DNA of 64,000 nt, taken from Thermostichus sp. DRC_bins_24 (GTDB lineage Bacteria > Cyanobacteriota > Cyanobacteriia > Thermostichales > Thermostichaceae). A program made the translations under genes and the position numbers. The first letter of the stretch is position 1. Each line of letters begins with the position of its first letter. Positions 22,128 to 32,104 of this stretch are shown here, in pieces. Where the stretch lies: NCBI GenBank assembly GCA_039794845.1, contig JAUQVK010000035.1, positions 10,014 through 74,013 of the forward strand, given 5' to 3'. The notes under the pieces are model-generated. The model worked only from the letters and a program-made list of their open reading frames with translations, had not been told where the DNA came from and searched no databases.

Positions 22128-22367
22128 ATGTTTGACGATCTGCTCCGTGCGATCCGTAGCCGCGACCTCGAGGCCGCTACCCTAGCCGTACAGGACTTGC
22201 GCTCCCGTCATTTGAGTGAGGCTGCCATTGCCTCGATGGTGATGGTGGCGGTAGAACGGTTGGCCTGGGATGAAGGCGATCGGGCCGCTGCCAATTGGCT
22301 CTTGCGCCGCTGCTCCAAACGTCGTTCCTCGCCAAACCCGAAGAACCCTTCCGTTCCTCACCGCTAG
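22128..22367 (+). CDS. Small hypothetical helical protein
   Basis: Only sensible ORF between glgX and uppP; amphipathic, protein-like composition; no family recognised. Confidence 0.55.
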   Translation: MFDDLLRAIRSRDLEAATLAVQDLRSRHLSEAAIASMVMVAVERLAWDEGDRAAANWLLRRCSKRRSSPNPKNPSVPHR

Positions 22368-22448
22368 ACTGAGGGAACCGCCATCTTGGGGGGAAATGGG
22401 CGGAAATGCAAGCCTGTCACTCCCAGTCGGCCATGACCCCAGGGATCC

Positions 22449-23282
22449 CTAGGGCCGCAGGAACCCCATCGCCAAACCCAGGATAATAAACAGGCCAAAC
22501 CCAATCCGATAGAAGATGAACAGCCAGGTGCTGCTGCGTTGCAAAAACTTGATCAGCCAATCGATGGAAAGATAGGAAAAGACAAAAGCAGAGAGGGTTC
22601 CCAGCCCCTGCGGTAGCAACGCTTCGACTTCAAACTCTGAGACGAATTCCAGCACCCCGGCCAAAAACAGCGCCGGGATCCCGAGCAAAAAGGAGTACCG
22701 GGCGGCAACCGAGCGCTGCAAATTAAGAAATAACCCCGCGGTAATGGTGGATCCCGAACGGGATACCCCCGGAATTAAGGCCAACGTCTGGGCTAGGCCC
22801 ACCCAGATCCCATCCCAGATCCCGAGACTATGCACATCTCGCCGCCGCTTGCCCGTTCGCTCCGCCCAACCCAGCAGCAGAGCAAGACCAATGGCAGCCC
22901 CGGCGATCACCCATAGCTGGCGCGGCGGGGATCCCCAGATCACCTTGACCGCCAACCCCACCCCCACAATTGGCAGCGTTCCCACCAGGATGCCGACCAG
23001 TAGCCGCCAGGATTCTTGGTGAAAATCCCGCTTTTGCCAGGCGTTCCAGGACTCCAAAACCAGTTTGCGCAAGTCAGCAGCAAAATAGATCAACACCGCT
23101 ACCAAGCTGCCCAGCTGGATCACCGCCGTAAAGGAGGCCCCCGCATCCGGCCACCCCATCAACGCCGGGAAAACCCGTAAATGGGCGGTACTGCTAATTG
23201 GGATAAACTCAGTGATCCCTTGTACCATGCCCAAAATCAGGGCTTGCCACCAATTGGGGTACCAGATGTCGGCAAACAGCAA
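22449..23282 (-). CDS. uppP: Undecaprenyl-diphosphate phosphatase (BacA)
   Basis: QGITEFIPISSTAH, IQLG, LIPGVSRSGST, AARYSFLL; multi-pass membrane protein. Confidence 0.96.
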   Translation of the reverse strand: MLFADIWYPNWWQALILGMVQGITEFIPISSTAHLRVFPALMGWPDAGASFTAVIQLGSLVAVLIYFAADLRKLVLESWNAWQKRDFHQESWRLLVGILVGTLPIVGVGLAVKVIWGSPPRQLWVIAGAAIGLALLLGWAERTGKRRRDVHSLGIWDGIWVGLAQTLALIPGVSRSGSTITAGLFLNLQRSVAARYSFLLGIPALFLAGVLEFVSEFEVEALLPQGLGTLSAFVFSYLSIDWLIKFLQRSSTWLFIFYRIGFGLFIILGLAMGFLRP

Positions 23283-23321
23283 AGAACCTCACTCCTCTCC
23301 CAGACCAGAGCCGATCCGGCC

Positions 23322-23987
23322 CTAAAACCCAATCCGTTCGGGATCGTCAATGGTGATCAGCCAGTTGCCCACGTTGCGAAAGAGGGGGTTGGGTTCGGTG
23401 CCTCGCACCCGCGCCTCAACGCGATAGATCCCGGCTGCGGCAGGATTGCGCACATTGGAGAGCACCAAGCGTATTTCTTGCCCGGCGGCGATCGGTTGGC
23501 GAGCCACCACTTCTAGGGAGCGAAATTCTTCGTTCCAGTACACTTCCTCCAGGTCGACCGGGGTGCCCTCCACCTCCAGCCGCACATTCTCGGGATCGAT
23601 GCGGGCATCAAAGTTTCTGTCCCCGTTGATCTGCACTTCTGCCACCGCCAGATCCTGGGGGGGAATGGTAAGGCGGTAGCGATCAAGGCGACCGCGAATA
23701 CCCCGAAAATCCAGCCGATACCTGAGGACCGGAACGCCTTCGCTGCCGGTGATCACCAAGCCCGACTGCGCCTCTACAGAAGAGGTGGGCAGGATCAGGG
23801 CTCCCAGACCACCCAGCACCAAGCCCAGCAGTACCAGCTTCACCCTTAGGGGGGCCAAGCTAACCCAATGCGAACGCTCCCTTGCTCTCAACACCCGAAC
23901 CTCCGTTCGCCAAAACACTTCAGCACGTTCAAAACTGACGCTGGAACTTAAAAATGTGGCCGGCGGCCAGCACCCCAAAGGCCACAC
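23322..23987 (-). CDS. DUF2808-like cyanobacterial secreted protein (true start probably downstream, near 23843)
   Basis: Signal-like segment, then LRYRLDF..., LSNVRNP..AGIY, P.FRNVGNW typical of DUF2808. Confidence 0.7.
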   Translation of the reverse strand: MWPLGCWPPATFLSSSVSFERAEVFWRTEVRVLRARERSHWVSLAPLRVKLVLLGLVLGGLGALILPTSSVEAQSGLVITGSEGVPVLRYRLDFRGIRGRLDRYRLTIPPQDLAVAEVQINGDRNFDARIDPENVRLEVEGTPVDLEEVYWNEEFRSLEVVARQPIAAGQEIRLVLSNVRNPAAAGIYRVEARVRGTEPNPLFRNVGNWLITIDDPERIGF

Positions 23988-24088
23988 CGTAGTTCATTGT
24001 AAGGGATGGGATCCCATCCCACCGGGAGGGCTTCTTGCTCCCCCCGCTGCGGAGGTGCGCAGTTTTGGTGCCATCCCTCAGCCCACCC

Positions 24089-24568
24089 TCAACTTAACAA
24101 AGCCGTACACTCCAGCAGCAGCCGTTGGTTGATCAGGGCATAGGGCTGAATGTCCAGTGCTTTCTGAAAAGCAGCGATCGCCCCCCGATAATCTCCCAGG
24201 GCGGCTCGACACAGACCCAGTCCATGCCATGCCCCAAAATGAAAGGGGCACAGTCGTACCACTGCCTCACAATCCTGGGCTGCCTCGGGATAGCGCTTCA
24301 GGGTGTAGAACAAAACCGCCCGGCGGTTCCAAGCTTCCACAAAATCCGGCAGTTGCCCGATCAACTCACTTAACAGCGCCTCTGCTGCCTCGGGTTGGCC
24401 GCTGTCGATCAGCCGTTGCGAGTGTTCCAAAGCCGCTCGACCGGCAATTCCCTTTTGCCCAAACCACAGATCCCACAGAGCTTCGGTGGCCTCCTGACGC
24501 ACCTCCGGCGACTCCTCCCGAAGGGCGGCCAAAAGCTGTTCGATCTGGGCCTTGTCGAACTCTTCCAT
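24089..24568 (-). CDS. Tetratricopeptide-repeat protein
   Basis: PDFVEAWNRRA, PFHFGAWHGLGLC, AFQKALDIQP TPR helices. Confidence 0.88.
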   Translation of the reverse strand: MEEFDKAQIEQLLAALREESPEVRQEATEALWDLWFGQKGIAGRAALEHSQRLIDSGQPEAAEALLSELIGQLPDFVEAWNRRAVLFYTLKRYPEAAQDCEAVVRLCPFHFGAWHGLGLCRAALGDYRGAIAAFQKALDIQPYALINQRLLLECTALLS

Positions 24569-24624
24569 GCTTCCCTCTGTTGCCCATGTATCCCTGAAGT
24601 CTAGAGGGGATCACGGATACCTCG

Positions 24625-25410
24625 TCAGCGATCCACCAAGCGCAGATCGAAAGTGAGGATGTTGGCGGCCAAAATTTCTAGGGCTCCCCCTTCGATGATG
24701 TCGCGGGTGGTGGCGGCCCCAGAGCCGGTTTGGATGAGCTCGCGGCTGCGCCGTACCGTTTCTTGTCGCTGAGGATCGTCTACGATCACCTGCCGCTGAT
24801 TGGACAAGCTGAGGCGATAGTAGTTGGGCAGATCGCCCCGGGTGGCGTCGATGGCCAAATTGGTCTCCTCAGGGGCAACCCGAAAGGGAGCACGGGCGGT
24901 AAGCAAGGCCACCTGAATGTCCTGATCTCGACCGTCTAGGCCCTCCAGCTCCGAGAGATCGATTTGAAAATTCAGGGTGTCTCGGTCACGGCTGAGGCGA
25001 TCCACTCGCACCTCGTTGAAGCCCACCGCAAATTCCCGCTCCGGCTCACCAAACCGCTGGATCGTTGACTGCAGCACCGACTCCTCGTTGAGGGGAGTGA
25101 CCCGAATCAGATAATCCCAGTCCCGCACGAAGGCATAGTCATTCGGCCCCAAGCTGACGTTCGGATCCACCAAGTTGGCAGTGGGGCCGGGGCTTCCGGC
25201 ACGGCTGAGGGCGACGATATACCAATAGTTGGAGTTAATGGGCAAGCCCATGGTCATGCGCACCTCTAACACCGGCCGCGCCCAGGCCGCAACAGCCGTG
25301 AGGGCCGCCATGGCCACACCCCCAAAACAACTCCACAGCCAGTGCTGCGGGCGAAAATCAAGTTTAGGCAGGCCAGATCGAGGCATGGCAGGAGTCCTTA
25401 TCAAGCTCAA
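24625..25410 (-). CDS. Hypothetical exported protein
   Basis: Long ORF with signal-peptide-like segment ending AAWA; no recognisable domain. Confidence 0.65.
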   Translation of the reverse strand: MSLIRTPAMPRSGLPKLDFRPQHWLWSCFGGVAMAALTAVAAWARPVLEVRMTMGLPINSNYWYIVALSRAGSPGPTANLVDPNVSLGPNDYAFVRDWDYLIRVTPLNEESVLQSTIQRFGEPEREFAVGFNEVRVDRLSRDRDTLNFQIDLSELEGLDGRDQDIQVALLTARAPFRVAPEETNLAIDATRGDLPNYYRLSLSNQRQVIVDDPQRQETVRRSRELIQTGSGAATTRDIIEGGALEILAANILTFDLRLVDR

Positions 25411-25703
25411 GCGTCCTTAACAGCAGTTGACGATTCTTTAGGCAGCGGGCAAGGGGGTTGCCCCGATTTTGCTGCCCATTCTTAGACTGTTTAGACAGTT
25501 TAGCCAGGAATGGAGTGCCCCCAGTAGCTTCCTCAGAGCCCTGAACAACCTGAAGTTTTTGTTAAGGATCTACCTTAATTCTGTATTGCGAAGATTTCAA
25601 GCGTTTTTGTACAGGCGGAGGGCAGCTTCGGTTCATTACCCTGATCAAGCAAGTGCAGTGGTGGGATCCCTCTGCCCACATGCCAGTTGTTGGAGCCACT
25701 TCA

Positions 25704-27017
25704 ATGATGCGATTGCGGACAACCTTGCCGGTACTGTGTCTTTCCTTGCTGTTGGTGGCCTGCCGAGCTGAGGGGCCATCGGAGGGGATGGACGGCATGG
25801 GGGGAGGAGAGGGACCACCCCCTACGCCGGTGGAAATGGGCAGGGTGGAGGAGCGGATGATCCAGGAGACCTCTGAGTTGATTGCCAGTCTTGGATCGCA
25901 GCAGGTGGCCAGCATTAACCCGCAGGTGAGTGGTCAGATCACGCAGGTCTTCGTACAGTTGGGATCCCAAGTTGCCGCCGGATCCCCAATGTTTGAGATT
26001 GATTCCAGCCAGCAGCAGGCAGCAGTCGCCAGCCAAGCTGCCGCGATTGCCTCTGCCCAAGCGATTGTCGAAAGCAGTCGGGCTAACCTGAGCCAATTAC
26101 AAGCGGATCGTCTGCGTCTGGAGGCGGAGGTAGAGTTTGCCCGCCAGCAGCACGAGCGCAACACCCAATTGTTGGCAGAAGGGGTGATCACGCGGCTACA
26201 GGCGGATCAGTCCAGCCGGGATCTGCGTCAAGCCGAGGCAGCCTTGGCGGCGCAGCAGGAGCAGATCCGTGCTCAGGAGGCCGCCATTGTTCGGGCGGAG
26301 CGGGATGTTCAACGGGCCCAGGCGGATGCCGCTCAGCAACAGGTGCAGTTGCGCTTTTTCCGGGTCAGCGCTCCTTTTGCCGGCGTCGTTGGAGAAGTGC
26401 GGGTTCGGCAAGGGGACTCCGTTACGCCCCAGACGGTTCTGACTACCCTTAGCCAGAGCCAATCCTTGGAGATCAACTTGAATATTCCGCTGGAACGGGC
26501 ACCGCAGCTGCGCATCGGTACGCCGGTGGAGATCTTGGACAGCCGCAATCGGGTGATCGCCACCAGCCAAATTTCCTTCATCGCTCCCGAAGCAGAAGCC
26601 AATACCCAGTCGGTTTTGGCCAAGGCTTTGCTGGACAACCCAGATGGGCAGTTGCGCTCGGCGCAGTTCGTGCGAGCCCGCATCCTCTGGGAAGAACGAC
26701 CGGCGTTGTTGGTTCCGGTATCGGCAGTGGCGCGGGTGGCAGGGCAAAATTTTGTCTACATCGTCGAAACGACCGATCCTCCGGCCGAGGGTATGCCCCC
26801 TGGCGCAATTGCCGTCCAAAAGCCCGTACGACTGGGATCCATCCAGGGCAATCACTATGAGGTGCTGGAGGGTCTGGAGGCCAATGAGCCGATCGTGCTG
26901 ACGGGTCTCCAGAAAATCCGCGATGGCGCACCGATTGTGGACGAAGTGATCTTTCAACAAATGATGATGCAACAGGGGGGCGAGGGGCCACCGCAGGGAT
27001 CCCCACCCCAGCCCTAG
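25704..27017 (+). CDS. RND efflux periplasmic adaptor (MFP) lipoprotein
   Basis: Lipobox LLVAC, INPQVSGQI, long coiled hairpin, APFAGVVG; directly upstream of the RND permease. Confidence 0.92.
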   Translation: MMRLRTTLPVLCLSLLLVACRAEGPSEGMDGMGGGEGPPPTPVEMGRVEERMIQETSELIASLGSQQVASINPQVSGQITQVFVQLGSQVAAGSPMFEIDSSQQQAAVASQAAAIASAQAIVESSRANLSQLQADRLRLEAEVEFARQQHERNTQLLAEGVITRLQADQSSRDLRQAEAALAAQQEQIRAQEAAIVRAERDVQRAQADAAQQQVQLRFFRVSAPFAGVVGEVRVRQGDSVTPQTVLTTLSQSQSLEINLNIPLERAPQLRIGTPVEILDSRNRVIATSQISFIAPEAEANTQSVLAKALLDNPDGQLRSAQFVRARILWEERPALLVPVSAVARVAGQNFVYIVETTDPPAEGMPPGAIAVQKPVRLGSIQGNHYEVLEGLEANEPIVLTGLQKIRDGAPIVDEVIFQQMMMQQGGEGPPQGSPPQP

Positions 27018-27094
27018 ATTTTGGGATCCGATCCCCAGCGTGAGGATCCCCTGAACTAACCCACCCCCACCCATTTGGAGCGGATCCCTGGCTT

Positions 27095-30000
27095 ATGTTC
27101 GTTGATTTTTTCATTCGTCGCCCTGTCTTTGCCACCGTCTGCTCCATCATCATCGTGCTGGTGGGGGCCGTGTGTATTCCGCTGTTGCCGGTCGATTATT
27201 ACCCCCAGGTGGCACCTCCAGCTGTCACCGTGACAGCGGTCTATCCGGGGGCCAATGCCGAGACGGTGGAGACCGCGGTAACCAACGTCCTAGAACAAGA
27301 GATCAACGGCGTGGAGGGCTTGCGCTACATCTCCTCGGTGAGCAGTAGCAACGGCACCAGTCAAATCACGGTCACCTTCAACCCCGAGCGAAACCTCGAT
27401 GCTGCTGCCATCGACGTGCAAAACCGGGTCTCCCAGGTGCAGGGGCAGTTGCCGGAGGAGGTGAACCAAAACGGCATTACGGTACAAAAATCCGGGGACA
27501 GTGCCTTTGTTCAGGTGGTGTCGCTGCGCTCGCAGGCGGGGGAATACGACGAGCTGTTTGTCAGCAACTATGCCGATCTGTACGTGCGAGATGCCCTGCG
27601 CCGCATTCGCGGGGTGAGCGATGTTTTAATTTTTGGGGATCGCAGATATGCCATGCGCATTTGGCTGGATCCCTCTCGGTTGGCCGGCTACGGGTTGATT
27701 GCCCAAGATGTGGTGAACGCCATCCGCCAACAGAACATTCAGGTGCCCGCCGGACAAATTGGCAGCCAACCCAGTGCCCCTGACCAGCAGTTTCAGATCA
27801 ACGTGCAGGCGGTTGGACGACTGGCGGAACCGGAGGAATTTGCCCAGATTATCCTCAGAGCCAACCCGGATGGCAGCCTGGTGCGCATTGCCGATGTGGG
27901 GCGGGTGGAGTTGGGGGCGCAAAGCTACGATACTTTCTTCCGCATTGGCGGTCAGGAGGCGGTCGGGATCGCCATTACCAAGCAGCCGGATGCCAACGCC
28001 CTCGAAGTGGCGCGGCGGGTCAAGGAAACCCTCGAGACCTTGGCCCAGAGCTTCCCGCCGGGTCTGATTTACGAGATCCCCTTTGATGCCACTCTGTTCA
28101 TCAACGAGTCGGTGCAGGAGGTGATTCGGACACTGCTGCAGGCGATTGGCTTGGTGGTGCTGGTGCTGTTTATCTTCCTGCAGGATTGGCGCATCACCCT
28201 GATCCCGACGATCACGATCCCGGTGGCGTTGCTGGGTACCTTTATTTTCGTGCGCCTGTTTGGTTTTTCCATCAACACCCTGACCATGTTCGGCCTGACC
28301 TTGGCCACGGGCTTGGTGGTGGACGACACGATCGTGGTGGTGGAGAATATCTCCCGCTACATCCGGGATCGGGGCATGCGGCCTTTGCAGGGGGCCTCGG
28401 CGGGCATGAACGAGGTATTTGGGGCTGTGCTGGCGACCACGCTAGTGCTGCTGGGGTTGTTTCTGCCGATCGCCTTCTTTCCCGGTACCAGTGGCCGCAT
28501 TTATCAGCAGTTTGCCGTCACCATTGCCGTGTCGGTCTCCCTTTCTACGTTTAATGCCATTACCTTGGCCCCGGCTTTATCGGCCCTGCTGATTCGCCCA
28601 CGATCGGGGCAGATGTTCTGGCTGTTGCGCTGGTTTGATCAGGCGGTGGAAGGGATCCGCGCCGGCTACCGTTGGATGTTGGGGCTTGTGGTCAAGCTGC
28701 GGCTGCTGGTGGTGGCCCTGTTTATCGGCTGTTTGGGCCTTACCTACTGGCTGTTTCAGATCGTGCCGACGGGCTTTGTGCCGGATGAAGATCAGGGGTA
28801 TTTCATCACCTTTATTCAGGGGCCGCCGGGGGTCTCCCTGAACTACACCGACGAGGTGATCCAGCAGGCTACAGGAATCATGCAAGGGATCCCGGAAATC
28901 CGCGATACGGCAATTGTGGGGGGCTTTAGCTTCAGTGGCCCGTCGCCAGGCAACGGCTTGATCTTTGCCGCCCTCAAACCCTGGGAGGAGCGGCGGCGGC
29001 CGGAGCAATCGGCTCAGGCCATTGTCAGGCAACTGTTCGGGCCTTTCTTGGGAGGGATCAGCAGATCGTTGGTGATCCCGATTTTGCCTCCGGCGATTCC
29101 CGACCTGGGGGTTACGGGCGGGTTTAGCTTTCAACTTCAAGATCGCGGCGTTAACGATTTCAACCTGCTGGAGCAGACGGCAAACACCCTCTTTTTTGTC
29201 GGCAACTCGCCGCCGCAACCGGGGCAGCCACCACTGGGTTTGCAAATTAACCCGCCCACCTTCAGTGCCAACTCGCCCCAAATCCAGGTGCGGGTGGATC
29301 GCAACATGGCCCAACTGCTCGGAGTTCCGCTCGCAGATGTGTTTGGCACCCTACAGACGCTGCTGGGGGGCACCTACGTCAACAATTTTGATCTGTTCAA
29401 TCGCAACTACCGGGTGTACGTGCAGGCGGATCAGCCCTTCCGCTCCAACCCAGAAAGCATCCATCAGTTTTACGTGCGCGGCGGCGAGGGCCAATTGTTG
29501 CCCTTGAGCAGCTTGGTGCAGGTGCAGGAGACCACCGGCCCAGACATCATCAACCACTTCAACCTCTTCCGCTCCACGGAGATTCAGGGCAACCCGCTGC
29601 CGGGCTTTAGTTCGGGTCAGGCGATTCGCTCCATGGAAGCCTTGGCAGCACAACTGTTGCCTCAAGGGTTTGGCTTCGAGTGGTCGGGTATTTCCCTAGA
29701 AGAGATCGAGTCTGGGGGGCAAGCGCCGATCATCTTTGCTCTGGGTTTGGTCTTCGTGTTTTTGGTCTTGGCAGCTCAATTTGAGAGCTACGTGGATCCC
29801 TTTATTATTCTGCTGGCGGTGCCGCTGGCGATCTTGGGGGCCCTTTCGGCACAGTTGTTGCGTGGATTGGAAAACGACATTTTCTGCCAAGTGGGGCTGG
29901 TGATGTTGATCGGTTTGGCCAGCAAAAACTCGATTTTGATCGTGGAGTTTGCCAACCAACTGGTGGAACAAGGGATCCCGATCCTCAAGGCCGCCGTCCA

Positions 30001-30289
30001 GGCCGCCGAGACTCGTTTCCGGGCCATTCTCATGACTGCCCTGAGCACCATCTTGGGCATTTTCCCTTTGGCCGTGGCTGCAGGCGCGGGGGCAGGTAGC
30101 CGTCAGTCCTTGGGCACAGCGGTAATGGGCGGCATGTTTGTCTCGACGATCCTCAGCTTGTTTGTGGTGCCGGTGCTCTACATCCTGATCAAGGGAATCC
30201 AGACTCGCGTGATGGGATCCCCTGTGGATCTGGCTCATTTGCCCCCGCCGGAGGAGTCCAAGGGATCCCTGCCGGAGGAAACCTCTTGA
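27095..30289 (+). CDS. RND efflux permease (AcrB/HAE1 family)
   Basis: FFIRRPVFA, GLVVDDTIVVVEN, FVPDEDQG, GLASKNSILIVEFA, RFRAILMT. Confidence 0.96.
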   Translation: MFVDFFIRRPVFATVCSIIIVLVGAVCIPLLPVDYYPQVAPPAVTVTAVYPGANAETVETAVTNVLEQEINGVEGLRYISSVSSSNGTSQITVTFNPERNLDAAAIDVQNRVSQVQGQLPEEVNQNGITVQKSGDSAFVQVVSLRSQAGEYDELFVSNYADLYVRDALRRIRGVSDVLIFGDRRYAMRIWLDPSRLAGYGLIAQDVVNAIRQQNIQVPAGQIGSQPSAPDQQFQINVQAVGRLAEPEEFAQIILRANPDGSLVRIADVGRVELGAQSYDTFFRIGGQEAVGIAITKQPDANALEVARRVKETLETLAQSFPPGLIYEIPFDATLFINESVQEVIRTLLQAIGLVVLVLFIFLQDWRITLIPTITIPVALLGTFIFVRLFGFSINTLTMFGLTLATGLVVDDTIVVVENISRYIRDRGMRPLQGASAGMNEVFGAVLATTLVLLGLFLPIAFFPGTSGRIYQQFAVTIAVSVSLSTFNAITLAPALSALLIRPRSGQMFWLLRWFDQAVEGIRAGYRWMLGLVVKLRLLVVALFIGCLGLTYWLFQIVPTGFVPDEDQGYFITFIQGPPGVSLNYTDEVIQQATGIMQGIPEIRDTAIVGGFSFSGPSPGNGLIFAALKPWEERRRPEQSAQAIVRQLFGPFLGGISRSLVIPILPPAIPDLGVTGGFSFQLQDRGVNDFNLLEQTANTLFFVGNSPPQPGQPPLGLQINPPTFSANSPQIQVRVDRNMAQLLGVPLADVFGTLQTLLGGTYVNNFDLFNRNYRVYVQADQPFRSNPESIHQFYVRGGEGQLLPLSSLVQVQETTGPDIINHFNLFRSTEIQGNPLPGFSSGQAIRSMEALAAQLLPQGFGFEWSGISLEEIESGGQAPIIFALGLVFVFLVLAAQFESYVDPFIILLAVPLAILGALSAQLLRGLENDIFCQVGLVMLIGLASKNSILIVEFANQLVEQGIPILKAAVQAAETRFRAILMTALSTILGIFPLAVAAGAGAGSRQSLGTAVMGGMFVSTILSLFVVPVLYILIKGIQTRVMGSPVDLAHLPPPEESKGSLPEETS

Positions 30290-30427
30290 GGCAGCACTGA
30301 GTTCTGGGAAGAGACCGCCGGCCCAGGGGCTTGCTCTGGGCTCACTCTATATAATCGGAGCAACGGCGGTTCGGATCCCGTGACCAATCCCTGAACAAAA
30401 ACCACCTCAACTCAGGAGCTGGGCGAC

Positions 30428-31984
30428 ATGAAGGCACTGTTGCTCTATCCGCTGTTCCCCCAATCCTTTTGGTCTTACAATCGCACGATTGAGATGGTGG
30501 GGTTAAAGTCGGTGATTCCCCCCCTCGGCCTGATCACCGTTGCCGCTCTGTTGCCTCCAGACTGGGACATTCGCTTTTTTGATCGCAATGTAACTTTTGA
30601 AACAGAAGCAGACTGGCAATGGTGTGATGTGGTCATTTTGTCTGCCATGTTGGTGCAGAAGCAAGATTTCCATGCCCTTATCCGCAAGGGAGTTGCCCTT
30701 GGCAAGAAAGTGGCGGTTGGGGGCCCCTATCCCACCTCGGTACCGCAGGATGCCCTTGACTCAGGAGCCCACTACCTGGTTTTGGATGAGGGAGAGGTTA
30801 CCATCCCCCTATTTGTACAAGCCTGTCAGGCCGGCCAAGAGTCGGGGATCTTTCGGGCTACCGAAAAGCCGGATGTAACCACAAGTCCATTGCCGCGATT
30901 TGATTTACTGCAGAGGGAGCAGTATTTCATGATGTCGGTGCAATTTTCGCGGGGTTGCCCCTTTAACTGTGAGTTTTGTGACATTATCTCCCTTTACGGT
31001 CGCAAGCCACGCACCAAAGAGCCAGGTCAAATGTTGGCAGAGTTGCAAGCTCTTTACGACTTGGGCTGGCGCGGATCGGTATTTCTGGTGGACGACAATT
31101 TTATCGGCAATCAGCGCAACGTCAAGCGGTTTTTACGGGAGCTGATCCCATGGATGCAGCGCCACAACTATCCCTTCACATTTATGACCGAGGCTTCGGT
31201 TAACTTGGCGCAAGACGACGAGCTGCTCAGCTTGATGGTAGAAGCCGGGTTTTATTCCGTCTTCTTGGGCATTGAAACCCCAGATCAAGATAGTCTACAG
31301 GCGACTCAAAAGCATCAAAATACCCGCCATCCCCTTGTGGAAGCCTGTCGCAAGATCAACAATGCCGGGCTGCTAATCTACGCTGGATTTATTCTCGGGT
31401 TTGACGGCGAACGCCCAGGCGCCGGGGAACGAATTCAAACCTTTGTGGAACAAACCCAGATCCCGCAGCCCATGCTAGGCATTTTGCAGGCTTTGCCAAA
31501 TACACAACTTTGGAATCGCCTGAAAGCCGAGCAACGTTTGGTGGAAGGGATCGGCGTTACCGAAGTTGGCGATCAGAATACCTTGATGAATTTTATTCCC
31601 ACTCGTTCCTTGACAGAGATTGCCCAGGAATATGTGGAAAGCTTTTGGAAGTTGTATGAGCCTGCCCGATATCTATCCCGTTGCTTGCAGCAGTGCCTGA
31701 ATATCGGCGTGAACAATGTTCGGCGACAAACCATGAAGCTACCCCTTCGCAAAGAGCTTTATCTCCTCCTTCAGCTGATTTGGCGGCAGGGAGTCTTGCG
31801 CTCTGGGATTCGGGCTCAATTTTGGCGACAACTGTGGATTATTTGGCGTCAAAAACCCACCCTGTTGAATATGTATTTGGGGCTCTGTGCGGCTGGAGAG
31901 CACTTTTGGGAATATCGAGAGGTGGTAAGGGCGCGGCTGACCCAGCAGCTGGGTTGGGATCCCCTGCTGGCAACCCACTCCTGA
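30428..31984 (+). CDS. B12-binding radical SAM protein (DUF4070-type)
   Basis: PPLGLITVAA B12-binding start, GGPYPT, RGCPFNCEFC, DDNFIGN, GIETP. Confidence 0.93.
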   Translation: MKALLLYPLFPQSFWSYNRTIEMVGLKSVIPPLGLITVAALLPPDWDIRFFDRNVTFETEADWQWCDVVILSAMLVQKQDFHALIRKGVALGKKVAVGGPYPTSVPQDALDSGAHYLVLDEGEVTIPLFVQACQAGQESGIFRATEKPDVTTSPLPRFDLLQREQYFMMSVQFSRGCPFNCEFCDIISLYGRKPRTKEPGQMLAELQALYDLGWRGSVFLVDDNFIGNQRNVKRFLRELIPWMQRHNYPFTFMTEASVNLAQDDELLSLMVEAGFYSVFLGIETPDQDSLQATQKHQNTRHPLVEACRKINNAGLLIYAGFILGFDGERPGAGERIQTFVEQTQIPQPMLGILQALPNTQLWNRLKAEQRLVEGIGVTEVGDQNTLMNFIPTRSLTEIAQEYVESFWKLYEPARYLSRCLQQCLNIGVNNVRRQTMKLPLRKELYLLLQLIWRQGVLRSGIRAQFWRQLWIIWRQKPTLLNMYLGLCAAGEHFWEYREVVRARLTQQLGWDPLLATHS

Positions 31985-32104
31985 AGTGGGTGCTGATTGT
32001 TGAGCTTCTGCCCATTGCTGCAGTGAGGGGATTCTCATCCATCGATATCCCCTTTGGGCAGTTTTTGGTAGGCTCCTGAGCAGTTCTATGCCGCCTTTTC
32101 CTCC